From Candidatus Edwardsbacteria bacterium (GTDB lineage Bacteria; Edwardsbacteria; AC1; EtOH8), in contig JALOPJ010000001.1 of NCBI GenBank assembly GCA_025453955.1, forward strand, positions 12,515 to 76,514: 64,000 bases of DNA, read 5' to 3'. Below the pieces are notes generated by a model. It did not search any database, was not told where the DNA came from, and was given only the letters and a program-made list of their open reading frames with translations. Shown here piece after piece: positions 48,364 through 57,692 of this stretch. The position numbers and the translations under genes are program-made. Position 1 is the stretch's first letter. Each line of letters opens with the position of its first letter.

Positions 48364-49296
48364 CTACTGCACTCGTGCAACTTGCCAGACGATGAAGCCC
48401 ATCGTCGTCACCTGGGCCAGCAGGTTGATGTAGTCGCGCCAGCCCTTGATCTGCATCTCGCCCACCACCACCACGTCGCCGGGCTCCATGGTGGTGCTTT
48501 CCTTCCCCTTCACCGCCTTGCCGCCCCAGCGGTTGATCCTGATGTTCCCGGTGCTGGCGCGCTCGGCGTAGCCGCCGGCCATGCCGATGTAGTAGGACAG
48601 CAGGGTGCCGGGCTCGAACGGGAAGGTGCCGCCCTTCTGCACCTGGCCCACTACCGTGATCGTGGTCGGCGTGGTCGGCACGGTGATGATGTCGCCCTCC
48701 TGCAGCGGGATGTCGAGCGCGGGATCACGGTCGATGGAAAGCCGCTTGAAATCGATGCTGATCACGCTGTCCAGCCGGGCGATGTTCTGGACCTTGATGT
48801 TCTCACGGGTGGCGATGGGCGTGAATCCCCCGGCCATCACGATCGCGTCCATCAGCCGCTCGCCCTGCTTGATCTCGTACTTGCCGGGCCGGAACACCTG
48901 GCCGGCGATGGTCACCATGTTCTCGGCCAGCGGAAAGAACACGATGTCCCCGTCCCTCACCTCGGGGTTCTCCTCCTGCCGGTTCTGGGTCATATACCGG
49001 TAGAGGTCGAGCGTGTCGATCGGCTGGCCGCCCCGGATAAGCACCACCGAGCGGATCGAGGCCTGCTCGTTGGGGCCGCCCGCGACGCCCACCGCGTTGG
49101 CCACGCGGTCGTAGGCCTGCAGGGTGTGGAGACCGGGGTTGCGCACCTGGCCCAGCACCTGCACCTTGATCGCCGGGCGTTCCCGGGTCCAGTCCAGGCC
49201 GGTCTGCTGGACGATCGTCCGCTGCGACAGCGCCGGTGCGGCCAGGACGAGCATCGAGGCTATCACTGCGACAATAATGGTAGAGCGTCTCATCAT
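48364..49296 (-). CDS. wza: Polysaccharide export protein (Wza family; Poly_export + SLBB domains)
   Basis: Signal peptide MMRRSTIIVAVIASMLVLAAPALS. Motifs VQVLGQVRNPGLHTL and TVVGQVQKGGTFPFEPGTLLSYYI are SLBB-like. Start at the cat-cat at 49291-49296. Confidence 0.8.
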   Translation of the reverse strand: MMRRSTIIVAVIASMLVLAAPALSQRTIVQQTGLDWTRERPAIKVQVLGQVRNPGLHTLQAYDRVANAVGVAGGPNEQASIRSVVLIRGGQPIDTLDLYRYMTQNRQEENPEVRDGDIVFFPLAENMVTIAGQVFRPGKYEIKQGERLMDAIVMAGGFTPIATRENIKVQNIARLDSVISIDFKRLSIDRDPALDIPLQEGDIITVPTTPTTITVVGQVQKGGTFPFEPGTLLSYYIGMAGGYAERASTGNIRINRWGGKAVKGKESTTMEPGDVVVVGEMQIKGWRDYINLLAQVTTMGFIVWQVARVQ

Positions 49297-49687
49297 GATA
49301 TCCATGTGATACTGCTGTTTGATTGATCCTTGATACCGACAGGTCATTTACCGGGGATGGCCGTGCCTCCCGATACATCCGCCGCAGGTCGAGTGGCCGC
49401 CATCTCGATACGAACCGGTCACGGTCCTACTCGATGTGCGGCTGTATCGAGACCCGGCGGACTACTCGAGGCACGGCCCGGTTCAGCAACAAAAACCGGG
49501 CGACCGTCAGACGGCGCCCGGCAAAGGAATGCGAGGTCCTTTGTCTCCAAAGAAGCTTGGATACGGCGCGCCGTGCCAAAGCGGGGTTTCGAGCAATCCC
49601 GAGCTTTCGAAGGTATGTCAGAATGTCCGAAAACCGCCGACTTTAACGCTCTCGCCCGTACGCTCCCTTGGATTGATAATTGCCGAT

Positions 49688-49716
49688 ATTTTACACCAGA
49701 ATGCCTGATTTGTCAA
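49688..49716 (-). promoter_or_regulatory. Near-consensus sigma70 promoter for the polysaccharide locus (wza operon)
   Basis: Minus strand: TTGACA (plus tgtcaa at 49711-49716) - 17 nt - TAAAAT (plus atttta at 49688-49693). It is followed by a roughly 385-nt leader before wza. Confidence 0.5.
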
Positions 49717-49735
49717 GCACTTAATGCATTATCTT

Positions 49736-49787
49736 GACCCCGCCCTGCCCTCCCCGAATGCGTTCGGGGTGGGTCAAGGGAGGGGTC
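49736..49787 (-). terminator. Imperfect GC-rich hairpin immediately after the oxidoreductase gene stop (terminator-like)
   Basis: gaccccgccctgccctcccc-gaatgcgttc-ggggtgggtcaagggaggggtc. Separates the upstream gene from the wza promoter. Confidence 0.35.
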
Positions 49788-50895
49788 ATGCCTGTCGCAG
49801 CAGGTCAGCCACCTGCTCCCCGATCGCCAGGCTGGCCGTCAGACCGGGCGACTCGATCCCCAGCAGGTCGACGAATCCCGGGAACCCGCGGCCGGCCTCT
49901 TCCCGGATGACGAAGTCCCGGACCTCGTCATCGCCCGGGCCCTGCAGCTTGGGCCGGACCCCGGCCTGGTCCGGCGCCAGCCGGGCGGCGTCGATGGCGG
50001 GGAACAGCCGCCGCGCGGCGGCCTGGAACGCCGCCAGCTTGCGTTCGTCCACCGTGAAGTCGTCGGTCGACGACACGTACTCCACGTCCGGCCCGAACCG
50101 CAGCCGGCCGGCCAGGTCGATGGTGGCGTGCACGCCCAGGCCGGTCAATCCCTTCTCCGGGATCGGGTAGACCAGGTGCGTCACCCGGTGCGTTCCCGCA
50201 TAGGCGAAGTACGATCCCTTGCAGGGGTGCATGGCCTCCGGCTCCAGCCCCGGCATCCGGGCGACGGCCGGCGCGCCCAAGCCGCCGGCGTTGACCACGG
50301 TCGCCGATCCGAACTCCTCGCCGGAGCGCAGCCGCAGCCGGTACCCGGCGCCAGCCCGGTCCAGTGCCACCACCTCGGACTCGTAGGAAACGGTTCCGTT
50401 GTCCGCTGCGATGTCGGACTCCAGCGCCTTCATGTAGGAATGGGTGTCGAAGATGCCGGTCTCGGCCAGGAACAGCGCCGCGCTGGCCCGCACCTCCGGT
50501 TCCAGCGCCGCCGCCTGTCCGCCGGTCAGGCGCTCGACGTTCTCGATCCCGTTGCGGAGGCCTTTCTGATAGAGCGCCTCCAGCTCCGGTTCCTCGACAG
50601 CGTCGGCGGCCACCACCAGCTTGCCGCACTTCTTGAACGGGACGCCCCTGGCCTCGCAGTATTGGTACAGGGCGCGCCGCCCCCCGACGCACAGCCGGTG
50701 CTTGAGGCTGCCGGTGGGGTAGTACAGGCCGGAATGGACCACCTCGCTGTTGCGGCTGGAGATCCCCGTCCCGAACGACTTGCCCTGCTCGACCACCAGC
50801 ACGTCGTTCTCGCCGTGAAAGCGCGCTGCCAGCGCGCGGGCCACGGCCAAGCCGACCGCGCCCGCGCCGATCACCGTACAGCGGAACGACAGCAC
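49786..50895 (-). CDS. FAD-dependent oxidoreductase (L-2-hydroxyglutarate oxidase/LhgO-like)
   Basis: N-terminal dinucleotide-binding motif (VIGAGAVGLAVARALA) in the DAO family. Confidence 0.75.
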   Translation of the reverse strand: MLSFRCTVIGAGAVGLAVARALAARFHGENDVLVVEQGKSFGTGISSRNSEVVHSGLYYPTGSLKHRLCVGGRRALYQYCEARGVPFKKCGKLVVAADAVEEPELEALYQKGLRNGIENVERLTGGQAAALEPEVRASAALFLAETGIFDTHSYMKALESDIAADNGTVSYESEVVALDRAGAGYRLRLRSGEEFGSATVVNAGGLGAPAVARMPGLEPEAMHPCKGSYFAYAGTHRVTHLVYPIPEKGLTGLGVHATIDLAGRLRFGPDVEYVSSTDDFTVDERKLAAFQAAARRLFPAIDAARLAPDQAGVRPKLQGPGDDEVRDFVIREEAGRGFPGFVDLLGIESPGLTASLAIGEQVADLLRQA

Positions 50896-50899
50896 CGCG

Positions 50900-51538
50900 T
50901 CAGCACTTCCCGTGGATGAAGTTGTCGGACCTGGGGTCGGCCCGCCAGGCCTTCAGCGTGAACCCGTCGCGGTCCTTGTCGGTGATCAGGGCGCCGGCCG
51001 CGACCAGCGAGTCGAACTCCCGCTTCAGCGCCGGGTCGCACAGCGCCCAGTCGATGTCCGGGGCCAGCGGCGAGATGCCGGCCTCGCAGCCCGGGCTGTA
51101 CTCGCCCGAGCAGAAGTACTCGATCCGGCTCTCGGCGGTGAAGTAGTTGCCGTGGGCGAAGCCGGCCGGCACCCAGATCCACTCGCCGTGGGGCGCGTCG
51201 GGGTCGTCGGGCAGGTCGCAGGCGGCGGCCTGGCCGAAGGTCGGCGATCCCTTCCTGATGTCGAGGAACAGGTCCACCATCCGGCCGGACGTGGTGCGCA
51301 CCAGCTTGCCCATGTACGGGTTCCACTGGAAGTGCAGGCCGCGCACCGTGCCGGGCCGCGACCGGCTCTCGTTGCACTGGCCGAACGAAACGCCCCGCAT
51401 GAAATCCAGCTCCGGCAGTCGCTCGAAATCGCTGCGGCGGTAGGTCTCGGTGAAGTAGCCCCGGTGGTCGGCGAACCGCTGGTAGCGGACCACCTTGACG
51501 TCGGGGATGGCCAGGTTGGTAACGCTGAGAATCTTCAT
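50900..51538 (-). CDS. rfbC: dTDP-4-dehydrorhamnose 3,5-epimerase-like (RmlC cupin)
   Basis: RFADHRGYFTETY...RGLHFQ has the conserved RmlC His/Asp/Tyr context, 212 aa. Confidence 0.75.
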   Translation of the reverse strand: MKILSVTNLAIPDVKVVRYQRFADHRGYFTETYRRSDFERLPELDFMRGVSFGQCNESRSRPGTVRGLHFQWNPYMGKLVRTTSGRMVDLFLDIRKGSPTFGQAAACDLPDDPDAPHGEWIWVPAGFAHGNYFTAESRIEYFCSGEYSPGCEAGISPLAPDIDWALCDPALKREFDSLVAAGALITDKDRDGFTLKAWRADPRSDNFIHGKC

Positions 51539-51566
51539 TCGTCCCTCCGTGTGATACTATTTCTTT

Positions 51567-52340
51567 CTACCTGCGACTGACGATCGTCGCCGACGCCTGG
51601 GCGGTCGGCATGATCACGATGGTCTCGATGTCGACATGGGCGGGGCGCTCGCAGGCCCAGACCACGGCCTCGGCGACGTCGGCCGCCGCCAGCGGCCGCA
51701 GCCCCTGGTAGACCTTCTTGGCCCGTTCCCGGTCGCCGCGGAAGCGGACCACCGAGAACTCGGTCTCGGCCAGGCCGGGGTCGACGCTGGTGACCCGCAC
51801 GCCGGTGCCGGACAGGTCCATCCGCATCGCCTTGGTGAGCGCCCGCACCGCCGCCTTGGTGGCGCAGTAGACGTTGCCGGACGGATAGGTCTCGTGCCCG
51901 GCGATCGAGCCGACGTTGACCACGTGCCCGCCGCCCCGCGCCGCCATGCCCGGCAGCACGGCGCGGGTGACGTAGAGCAGGCCCTTGACGTTGGTGTCGA
52001 TCATCTCCTCCCAGTCGCGGACCTCGCCCGCCTGGAGGGGGTTGAGGCCGCGCGACAGCCCGGCGTTGTTCACCAGGATGTCGATGTCCCGCCAGCCGCG
52101 CGGCAGCCCGGCGATCGCCGCGGACACCGCACGGCGGTCCCGCACGTCCAGGGGCATGGTGCGGACCTCGGCGCCATGCTCGCGGATCAGCCCGCGGGCC
52201 AGCTGCCGCAGGCGGCCGATCCGCCGGGCGGCGACGATCAGCCGCGCGCCCCGCGCGGCGAAGGCCTCGGCGCAGGCCAGCCCGAAGCCGCTGGAGGCCC
52301 CGGTGACCAGGACGGTCTTCCCCGTCATCGACGTGCTCAT
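51567..52340 (-). CDS. SDR family oxidoreductase
   Basis: VLVTGASSGFGLA, NNAG, YCATKAAV (YxxxK). Confidence 0.8.
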   Translation of the reverse strand: MSTSMTGKTVLVTGASSGFGLACAEAFAARGARLIVAARRIGRLRQLARGLIREHGAEVRTMPLDVRDRRAVSAAIAGLPRGWRDIDILVNNAGLSRGLNPLQAGEVRDWEEMIDTNVKGLLYVTRAVLPGMAARGGGHVVNVGSIAGHETYPSGNVYCATKAAVRALTKAMRMDLSGTGVRVTSVDPGLAETEFSVVRFRGDRERAKKVYQGLRPLAAADVAEAVVWACERPAHVDIETIVIMPTAQASATIVSRR

Positions 52341-53641
52341 AACGTCTCCACGATCAGCGGCGGCGGCTCGGGACGCTGCGGCGATACCCGGATCAGCTCG
52401 GTCAGCCGGGCCGCGGCCGCGGCCGCCTTGGCCCGGTCGTCGCTATGGACCGTCGCCACCGGCTCGCCCTGCGCCACCGGGTCGCCGATCTTCTTGAGGA
52501 AGGTGAACCCGGCCGCCGGGTCGACGGCGTCGGCCATCGTCCGCCGGCCGCAGCCCAGGTCGACCGAGGCCATCCCCACCTCCCGGTTGTCCATGCCGGC
52601 GACGAACCCGTCATCCGGCGCGTAGACCGCGACGGTGCCGGCCGCCTGCGGCAGCCGCTGCTTCGGCTCGTCCGCCACCCGCGGGTCGCCGCCCTGGGCG
52701 GCCACCATCTCGCGGAACTTTTCCAGGCCCTGGCCGGAGTCGACGATGCCGCGCAGGGCCCGGCGGGCGGCATCCAGGTCGGCGGCCCGCTCGCCCATCA
52801 CCAGCATCTCGGCGCCCAGCTCGTAGGTGACCGCCATCAGGTCGGCCGGGCCGCCGCCCCGCAGGCACTCGACGCATTCCCCGATCTCCAGGGCGTTGCC
52901 GACCGTCCGTCCCAGCGGCTGGTTCATGTCGGTGATCACCGCCCGCATCCGCCGGCCCATCCCCGCGCCGATGGCCAGCATCGTCCGGGCCAGGGCCCGG
53001 GAGTCGTCCAGTCCCTGCATGAAGGCGCCGCTGCCGGTCTTGACGTCCAGCACCAGGCCGTCGGCGCCCTCGGCCAGCTTCTTGGACATGATCGACGCCG
53101 AGATCAGCTGCAGGCAGTCCACGGTGGCGGTGACGTCGCGCAGGGCGTAGAGCTTCTTGTCGGCCGGCGCCATGTCGGCGGTCTGGCCCATCATCGCCAG
53201 GCCGGTGCGGGCCAGGATCCGCTTGAACTCGTCGTAGGACAGGTTCGTGCGGAAGCCGGGGATCGACTCCAGCTTGTCGAGGGTGCCGCCGGTGTGGCCC
53301 AGCCCCCGTCCCGACACCATCGGCACCGGGACGCCGGCGGCGGCGACCAGCGGCGCCAGGACGATCGACACCTTGTCGCCCACCCCGCCGGTGGAATGCT
53401 TGTCGACCTTGATCCCGGGGATGTCCGACAGGTCGAACACCCGGCCCGACTCCATCATGGCCGTGGCCAGCTGGGTGGTCTCCGCGAAGTCCATCCCTTT
53501 CAGGAAGACCGCCATCAGCAGAGCCGCCGCCTGGTAGTCGGGGATCTCCCCGGCGGTGTACCGTTCGACGAACCAGCGGATCTCGGCCGCGGTCAGCGCC
53601 CCGCCGTTGCGTTTCTTGTAGATGATCTGGTATGGCGTCAT
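52337..53641 (-). CDS. deoA: Thymidine/pyrimidine-nucleoside phosphorylase
   Basis: Start MTPYQIIYKKRNGGALTAAEIRWFV (cat at 53639-53641). Conserved KHSTGGVGDK and SGRGLGHTGGTLDKLE motifs. Confidence 0.85.
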   Translation of the reverse strand: MTPYQIIYKKRNGGALTAAEIRWFVERYTAGEIPDYQAAALLMAVFLKGMDFAETTQLATAMMESGRVFDLSDIPGIKVDKHSTGGVGDKVSIVLAPLVAAAGVPVPMVSGRGLGHTGGTLDKLESIPGFRTNLSYDEFKRILARTGLAMMGQTADMAPADKKLYALRDVTATVDCLQLISASIMSKKLAEGADGLVLDVKTGSGAFMQGLDDSRALARTMLAIGAGMGRRMRAVITDMNQPLGRTVGNALEIGECVECLRGGGPADLMAVTYELGAEMLVMGERAADLDAARRALRGIVDSGQGLEKFREMVAAQGGDPRVADEPKQRLPQAAGTVAVYAPDDGFVAGMDNREVGMASVDLGCGRRTMADAVDPAAGFTFLKKIGDPVAQGEPVATVHSDDRAKAAAAAARLTELIRVSPQRPEPPPLIVETL

Positions 53642-53732
53642 GGTGCTCCATCGGTGACGGCCGGCGCGGCCGGCCCGGGGCGCCGGCAAAAACGCCCTGA
53701 ACGGACGTCAGGGCGCGGGAGCGGCGGCGCCG

Positions 53733-54197
53733 TCACGACTTGCTGCGCAGCGACAGGTTCAGCAGCACCGGCCCGTGGCGGGTCTCCACCGGGATGGTGA
53801 CGATCTCCATGCCGCTGTTGGTGATGTCCATGTCGTGGCCGGTGAACAGCGTCGGCGGGTTGATGTCCATCCGCAGGCCGCGGTTGACCAGGGCCGACAC
53901 CGCCTGGCCGCAGACCATGTTGTTGAGCTCGTTGATGGTGGAGCTGACCATGGCGTCGTAGGAGCCGGCCGGCTCGCCGCTCATGGCCCCGGCCAGGCTG
54001 CAGGCGGTCTCCCGCGACATGTCCAGCACCGCCCGGCCCTCGGACGACCCGGTGATGCCGATGATGCTGGCCACCCCCATGGTGGCGATGGGCGACGATT
54101 TGACGCCGACCGCCCCGCGCTTCACCGGCTGGCCGGTGGACTGCTCCAGCACCTTGACCAGCGCGTCGACGAACGGCTGGATGAACTCGCTCCTCAT
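53733..54197 (-). CDS. cheX: CheX-like chemotaxis phosphatase domain protein (CheC/CheX/FliY family)
   Basis: 154 aa. MRSEFIQPFVDALVKVLEQSTGQPVKRG...SIIGITGSSEGRAVLDMSRETACSLAGAMSG matches the CheX fold pattern. Confidence 0.7.
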   Translation of the reverse strand: MRSEFIQPFVDALVKVLEQSTGQPVKRGAVGVKSSPIATMGVASIIGITGSSEGRAVLDMSRETACSLAGAMSGEPAGSYDAMVSSTINELNNMVCGQAVSALVNRGLRMDINPPTLFTGHDMDITNSGMEIVTIPVETRHGPVLLNLSLRSKS

Positions 54198-54242
54198 GGA
54201 TCGGCCTCTCTTCTGGCTCCGTGTTCGCGGGGCGCCGCCCGG

Positions 54243-55703
54243 TCAGTCGTACCCGATCAGCATCAGCAGCCCGTTGACCACCTCGGGATCGAACTGGGTG
54301 CCGCTGTTGCGCTTGATCTCGCCCACGATGTCCGGCAGCCCCAGCGCCTGGCGGTAGACCCGCGGCGACACCATGGCGTCGAAGGCGTCCGCCAGCGCCA
54401 GGATCCGGGCCTTGATCGGGATCTGTTCCCGGGACAGCCGGTCGGGATAGCCGCCGCCGTCCCAGCGCTCGTGGTGGTGGCGGATGTCCGCGGTGATGGC
54501 CCGCAGGTTGTCGATCTTGGAGACGATCTCGGCGCCCAGCACCGAATGCCGCCGCACGATGGCCCACTCGTCGTCGCTCAAGGCGCCCTTGTAGTTGAGG
54601 ATGTGCTTGGGCACGCCCAGCTTGCCGACGTCGTGCAGCAGCGCCGCCATCTCCAGCTCCTTGAGGTCGAACAGGCCGTGCGACATCAGGTAGGCCTGGT
54701 TCATGGCCGAGGCGATGTTCTTGGCCTTGATCGCCACCCGCTCGGAATGGCCGCTCTCGTAGGGATCGCTGATCTGCAGGGCGTTGACCAGCACCTTGAC
54801 CATCTGGAAGCGGTTCTGCTCGAACTCGTCCTGCAGCGAGAAGACCCGGTTCAGCTCATGGGCCATCTCGTGCTGCATCCGGTCCATCTCGCTCTCGTAG
54901 GAGACCCGGACCTGGGACTTGACGGTGCGCTTCAGCTCGCGCGAGCGGTCCACCGCCCGCCGCAGCGCGGCGGCGATCTCGTCGACCGGCTCGTCGTACG
55001 ACAGGAAATCCGCCGCCCCCGCCCGCAGCGCCCGGCGGATCTCGTCGTAGTCCCTGTCCCGGGCCACCATCGCGACCGGCGTGAACCGGTGCTGGGCGGC
55101 GAACCGCTCGACCAGCTGCCAGCCGGCGCGGTCGGCCACCGGCACCAGCAGGGCGTCGACGGCGGTGGTGGCGTAGCGTTCCAGCAGCGCCGGGGCGTCC
55201 GCGGCCGTCGTCACCGTGAATCCGCCCCGCTGCCGCAGCCGCCGCGCCAGGGCCCGGTCGTCGTCGCCGCGTTCCCAGGCCAGCAGCTGGAGGTCGCTGC
55301 CGCCGCCCTCACCGCCCCCGGTCCCGGCGGCCAGCTCCCGCGACAGCTCGCTGCGGATCTTCTGCACCAGGGTGTCGACGTCGAACGGCTTCTCCAGGTA
55401 CTGCCGCGCGCCCAGGGCCCGGCCGCGCTCCTCCATCTCCTGCGTGCCGAAGGCCGTCATCAGCATCACCGGCACCCCGGGATGGTTGGTCTTCATGTAC
55501 TCCAGCAGCTCGAAGCCGTCCATCTGGGGCATCTTGATGTCGGTGACCAGCAGGTCGACGGTCTGGCGCTTCAGCACCGCGACCGCGGCCCGGCCGTTCT
55601 CGGCGGTGATGATCCCGAAATCCTGCTCGTGGCCCTGCAGGCCCTGCGACAGGATGGACAGGAACGCCCGCTCGTCGTCGACGATCAGTACCTGTTTCAT
55701 CAT
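54243..55703 (-). CDS. Response regulator with tandem receiver domains and C-terminal HD-GYP phosphodiesterase domain
   Basis: REC1 is VLIVDDERAF...LLVTDIKMPQMDG...EKP. The second REC-like domain is degenerate. HD-GYP is LLHDVGKLGVP...HHERWDGGGYP. Confidence 0.85.
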   Translation of the reverse strand: MMKQVLIVDDERAFLSILSQGLQGHEQDFGIITAENGRAAVAVLKRQTVDLLVTDIKMPQMDGFELLEYMKTNHPGVPVMLMTAFGTQEMEERGRALGARQYLEKPFDVDTLVQKIRSELSRELAAGTGGGEGGGSDLQLLAWERGDDDRALARRLRQRGGFTVTTAADAPALLERYATTAVDALLVPVADRAGWQLVERFAAQHRFTPVAMVARDRDYDEIRRALRAGAADFLSYDEPVDEIAAALRRAVDRSRELKRTVKSQVRVSYESEMDRMQHEMAHELNRVFSLQDEFEQNRFQMVKVLVNALQISDPYESGHSERVAIKAKNIASAMNQAYLMSHGLFDLKELEMAALLHDVGKLGVPKHILNYKGALSDDEWAIVRRHSVLGAEIVSKIDNLRAITADIRHHHERWDGGGYPDRLSREQIPIKARILALADAFDAMVSPRVYRQALGLPDIVGEIKRNSGTQFDPEVVNGLLMLIGYD

Positions 55704-55760
55704 GGGTCCTCCCTGCTGCCGATTATAGCCAAAGCCCCGTCGAAAAGCAAGCGCTTTCGG

Positions 55761-57692
55761 TCAGGCGCCGGCGGGTTCCGCGGCGCCCGCGTCCTGCGGC
55801 GCCGTGGCCGGGATGGAGATCACCACCTCCGTGCCCCGGCCGATCCGGCTGTCGACCTCGATGGTGCCGTTCATCTTGGCGATGATGTTCTTGGTGATCA
55901 CCAGCCCCAGCCCGGTCCCGGTCGACTTGGAGGTGTAGAACGGCTTGAACAGGTTGGCCAACTGTTCGGCCGACATGCCGCAGCCGTTGTCCCGCAGGGC
56001 GATCCGCACCAGTGCGCCATCCCGCCGGGCCGTGATGTCGATCTGCTTGGCGTCCCGGCCCTCCAGGGCGTCGGCGGCGTTGGACAGCAGGTTCAGCATC
56101 ACCTGGTGCAGGGCCCGGGGATCAGCCCAGGCGCTGGCGGCGTCGGGATCGCAGCGGTGGTTGATCTTGATGCCCTTGCTCTTGAAATCGCCGGTGGCCA
56201 GCATCACCAGTTTCTTGAGGAAATCGGCGACGTCGACGGGCTGGATCTTGGGGGCCTCGTACATGCTGAAGTTCTTGAGGGAGCGCAGCAGGTCCTCCAT
56301 CCGCGCCACCTCGTTCATGGCCATGTCGACGAACTTGCGCAGCGCCTCGGGCTGCCAGCCGGACAGGTTCTTCTGGACGATGCTGGTGGCCATCTTCATC
56401 GAGTTGAGGGCGTTGCCGATCTCGTGGCGGATGCCGGAGAAGACGTAGCCGATGTTGTTCATGGTGTTGGCCGCCTCGGCGATCGACTGCAGCCGCCGCT
56501 TCTCGGTGACGTCCCGGGTGATGGCCACGAAATTGAAGATCTCGCCGTCGGCGTTCTGCACCGCCGAGATGGTGGCCTCCTCCTCGAAGACGGTGCCGTC
56601 CTTCTTGCGGTTGAGGAAGTATCCCTGCCAGGTCGTGCCCGCCAGCAGGTGCTGCCACAGGGACCGGTAGAACTCGGCATCGTGCCGGCCGCTCTTCCAC
56701 AGCGACGGCGTGCGCCCCCGCACCTCGTCCGCCGCGTAGCCGGTCACCGCCGTGAACCGGGGATTGACGTACTGGATGACGCCGTCGCGGTCGGTGATCA
56801 CCACCGACTCGTCCATCTGCTCCATCGCCTGCGAGAGGCGGTTCAGCGCCTCCCGGCTGGTGCGGCGCTCCAGGGCCGTGGAGATGTGCCGCGAGACGAA
56901 GTTCAGCAGCTCCTTGCCCTTCTCGCCGAACCGCAGCTTGCCGCTGTAGCTCTGCACCGCCAGCACGCCGATCGTCTGCTCTCGCCGCTTGAGCGGGACC
57001 CCCAGCCACTCGACCGATTGGGTGCCGAAGGGGACCAGGTCCGGCAACGTCGAGTGGCGGGTCAGCTCGTCGCGGGAATCGAGGAACGGCTGGCCGGTCT
57101 TGATCACGTAGTCGGTGACCCCACCGCTCAGTCGGCGGGGCCCGGAGGGCGGGTCGTGCTCGTCCTCCCAGAACGGGAAGCTCATCGTATCGCTGGCCGG
57201 GTCGTAGAGGGCGATGTACATGTTCCCGGTCCCCATCAGCCGCTGGACGATGCCGTGGATCTCGCGGTAGAACTCCTGCATGCTCTCGGCCCGTTCGGTC
57301 AGTTCGCCGATGGCGTAGAGCGCCTGCTGCAGGTCCTCGGCCTGCTTGCGTTCGGTGATGTCGCGCTCGATGGCCACGTAATTGATGGTCTCGCCGTCGT
57401 CGCCCCGCACCGGCGAGATGGTGACCTCCTCGTCGTGGAGGGTGCCGTCCTTCCGGCGGTTGGTCAGGGTGCCCTGCCAGATGCGCCCCTGCGCCAGCTG
57501 CGCCCACATCTCGCGGTAGAAACCGTCGCCCTGCCGGCCGCTGTTCCATGCCCGCGGGTTGCGGCCCACCACCTCGCCGCGGTCGTAGCCGCTGATCTTG
57601 GTGAAGGCCGGGTTGACGTACTGGATGGTGCCGTCGCGGTCGGTGATCACCACCGACTCCTCCATGCTCTCGATGGCCAGCCCCAGCCGCAT
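55761..57692 (-). CDS. Sensor histidine kinase, C-terminal fragment (PAS-GAF-PAS-HisKA-HATPase_c) of a disrupted giant hybrid kinase
   Basis: 643-aa ORF with PAS (VVITDRDGTIQYVNPAF), GAF, PAS, an H-box (HEIGNALNSM) and N/G boxes (LLSNAADA..., DNGCGM, GTGLGLV). In-frame upstream sequence still aligns with the preceding GAF repeat. Confidence 0.8.
   Translation of the reverse strand: MRLGLAIESMEESVVITDRDGTIQYVNPAFTKISGYDRGEVVGRNPRAWNSGRQGDGFYREMWAQLAQGRIWQGTLTNRRKDGTLHDEEVTISPVRGDDGETINYVAIERDITERKQAEDLQQALYAIGELTERAESMQEFYREIHGIVQRLMGTGNMYIALYDPASDTMSFPFWEDEHDPPSGPRRLSGGVTDYVIKTGQPFLDSRDELTRHSTLPDLVPFGTQSVEWLGVPLKRREQTIGVLAVQSYSGKLRFGEKGKELLNFVSRHISTALERRTSREALNRLSQAMEQMDESVVITDRDGVIQYVNPRFTAVTGYAADEVRGRTPSLWKSGRHDAEFYRSLWQHLLAGTTWQGYFLNRKKDGTVFEEEATISAVQNADGEIFNFVAITRDVTEKRRLQSIAEAANTMNNIGYVFSGIRHEIGNALNSMKMATSIVQKNLSGWQPEALRKFVDMAMNEVARMEDLLRSLKNFSMYEAPKIQPVDVADFLKKLVMLATGDFKSKGIKINHRCDPDAASAWADPRALHQVMLNLLSNAADALEGRDAKQIDITARRDGALVRIALRDNGCGMSAEQLANLFKPFYTSKSTGTGLGLVITKNIIAKMNGTIEVDSRIGRGTEVVISIPATAPQDAGAAEPAGA

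Noticed and set aside
49330-49737. 135-aa plus-strand ORF in the wza leader, and the 3523..3937 small ORFs near the tRNA
   Set aside because: They lie in regions I assign as promoter/leader or overlap the tRNA, with no motif support.
56122-57692. C-terminal 520 codons of the 1854-aa track ORF
   Set aside because: After the frame break at about 57,700 this frame reads through the genuine kinase ORF (55761..57692) out of frame and produces low-complexity sequence. The real protein continues in the other frame.
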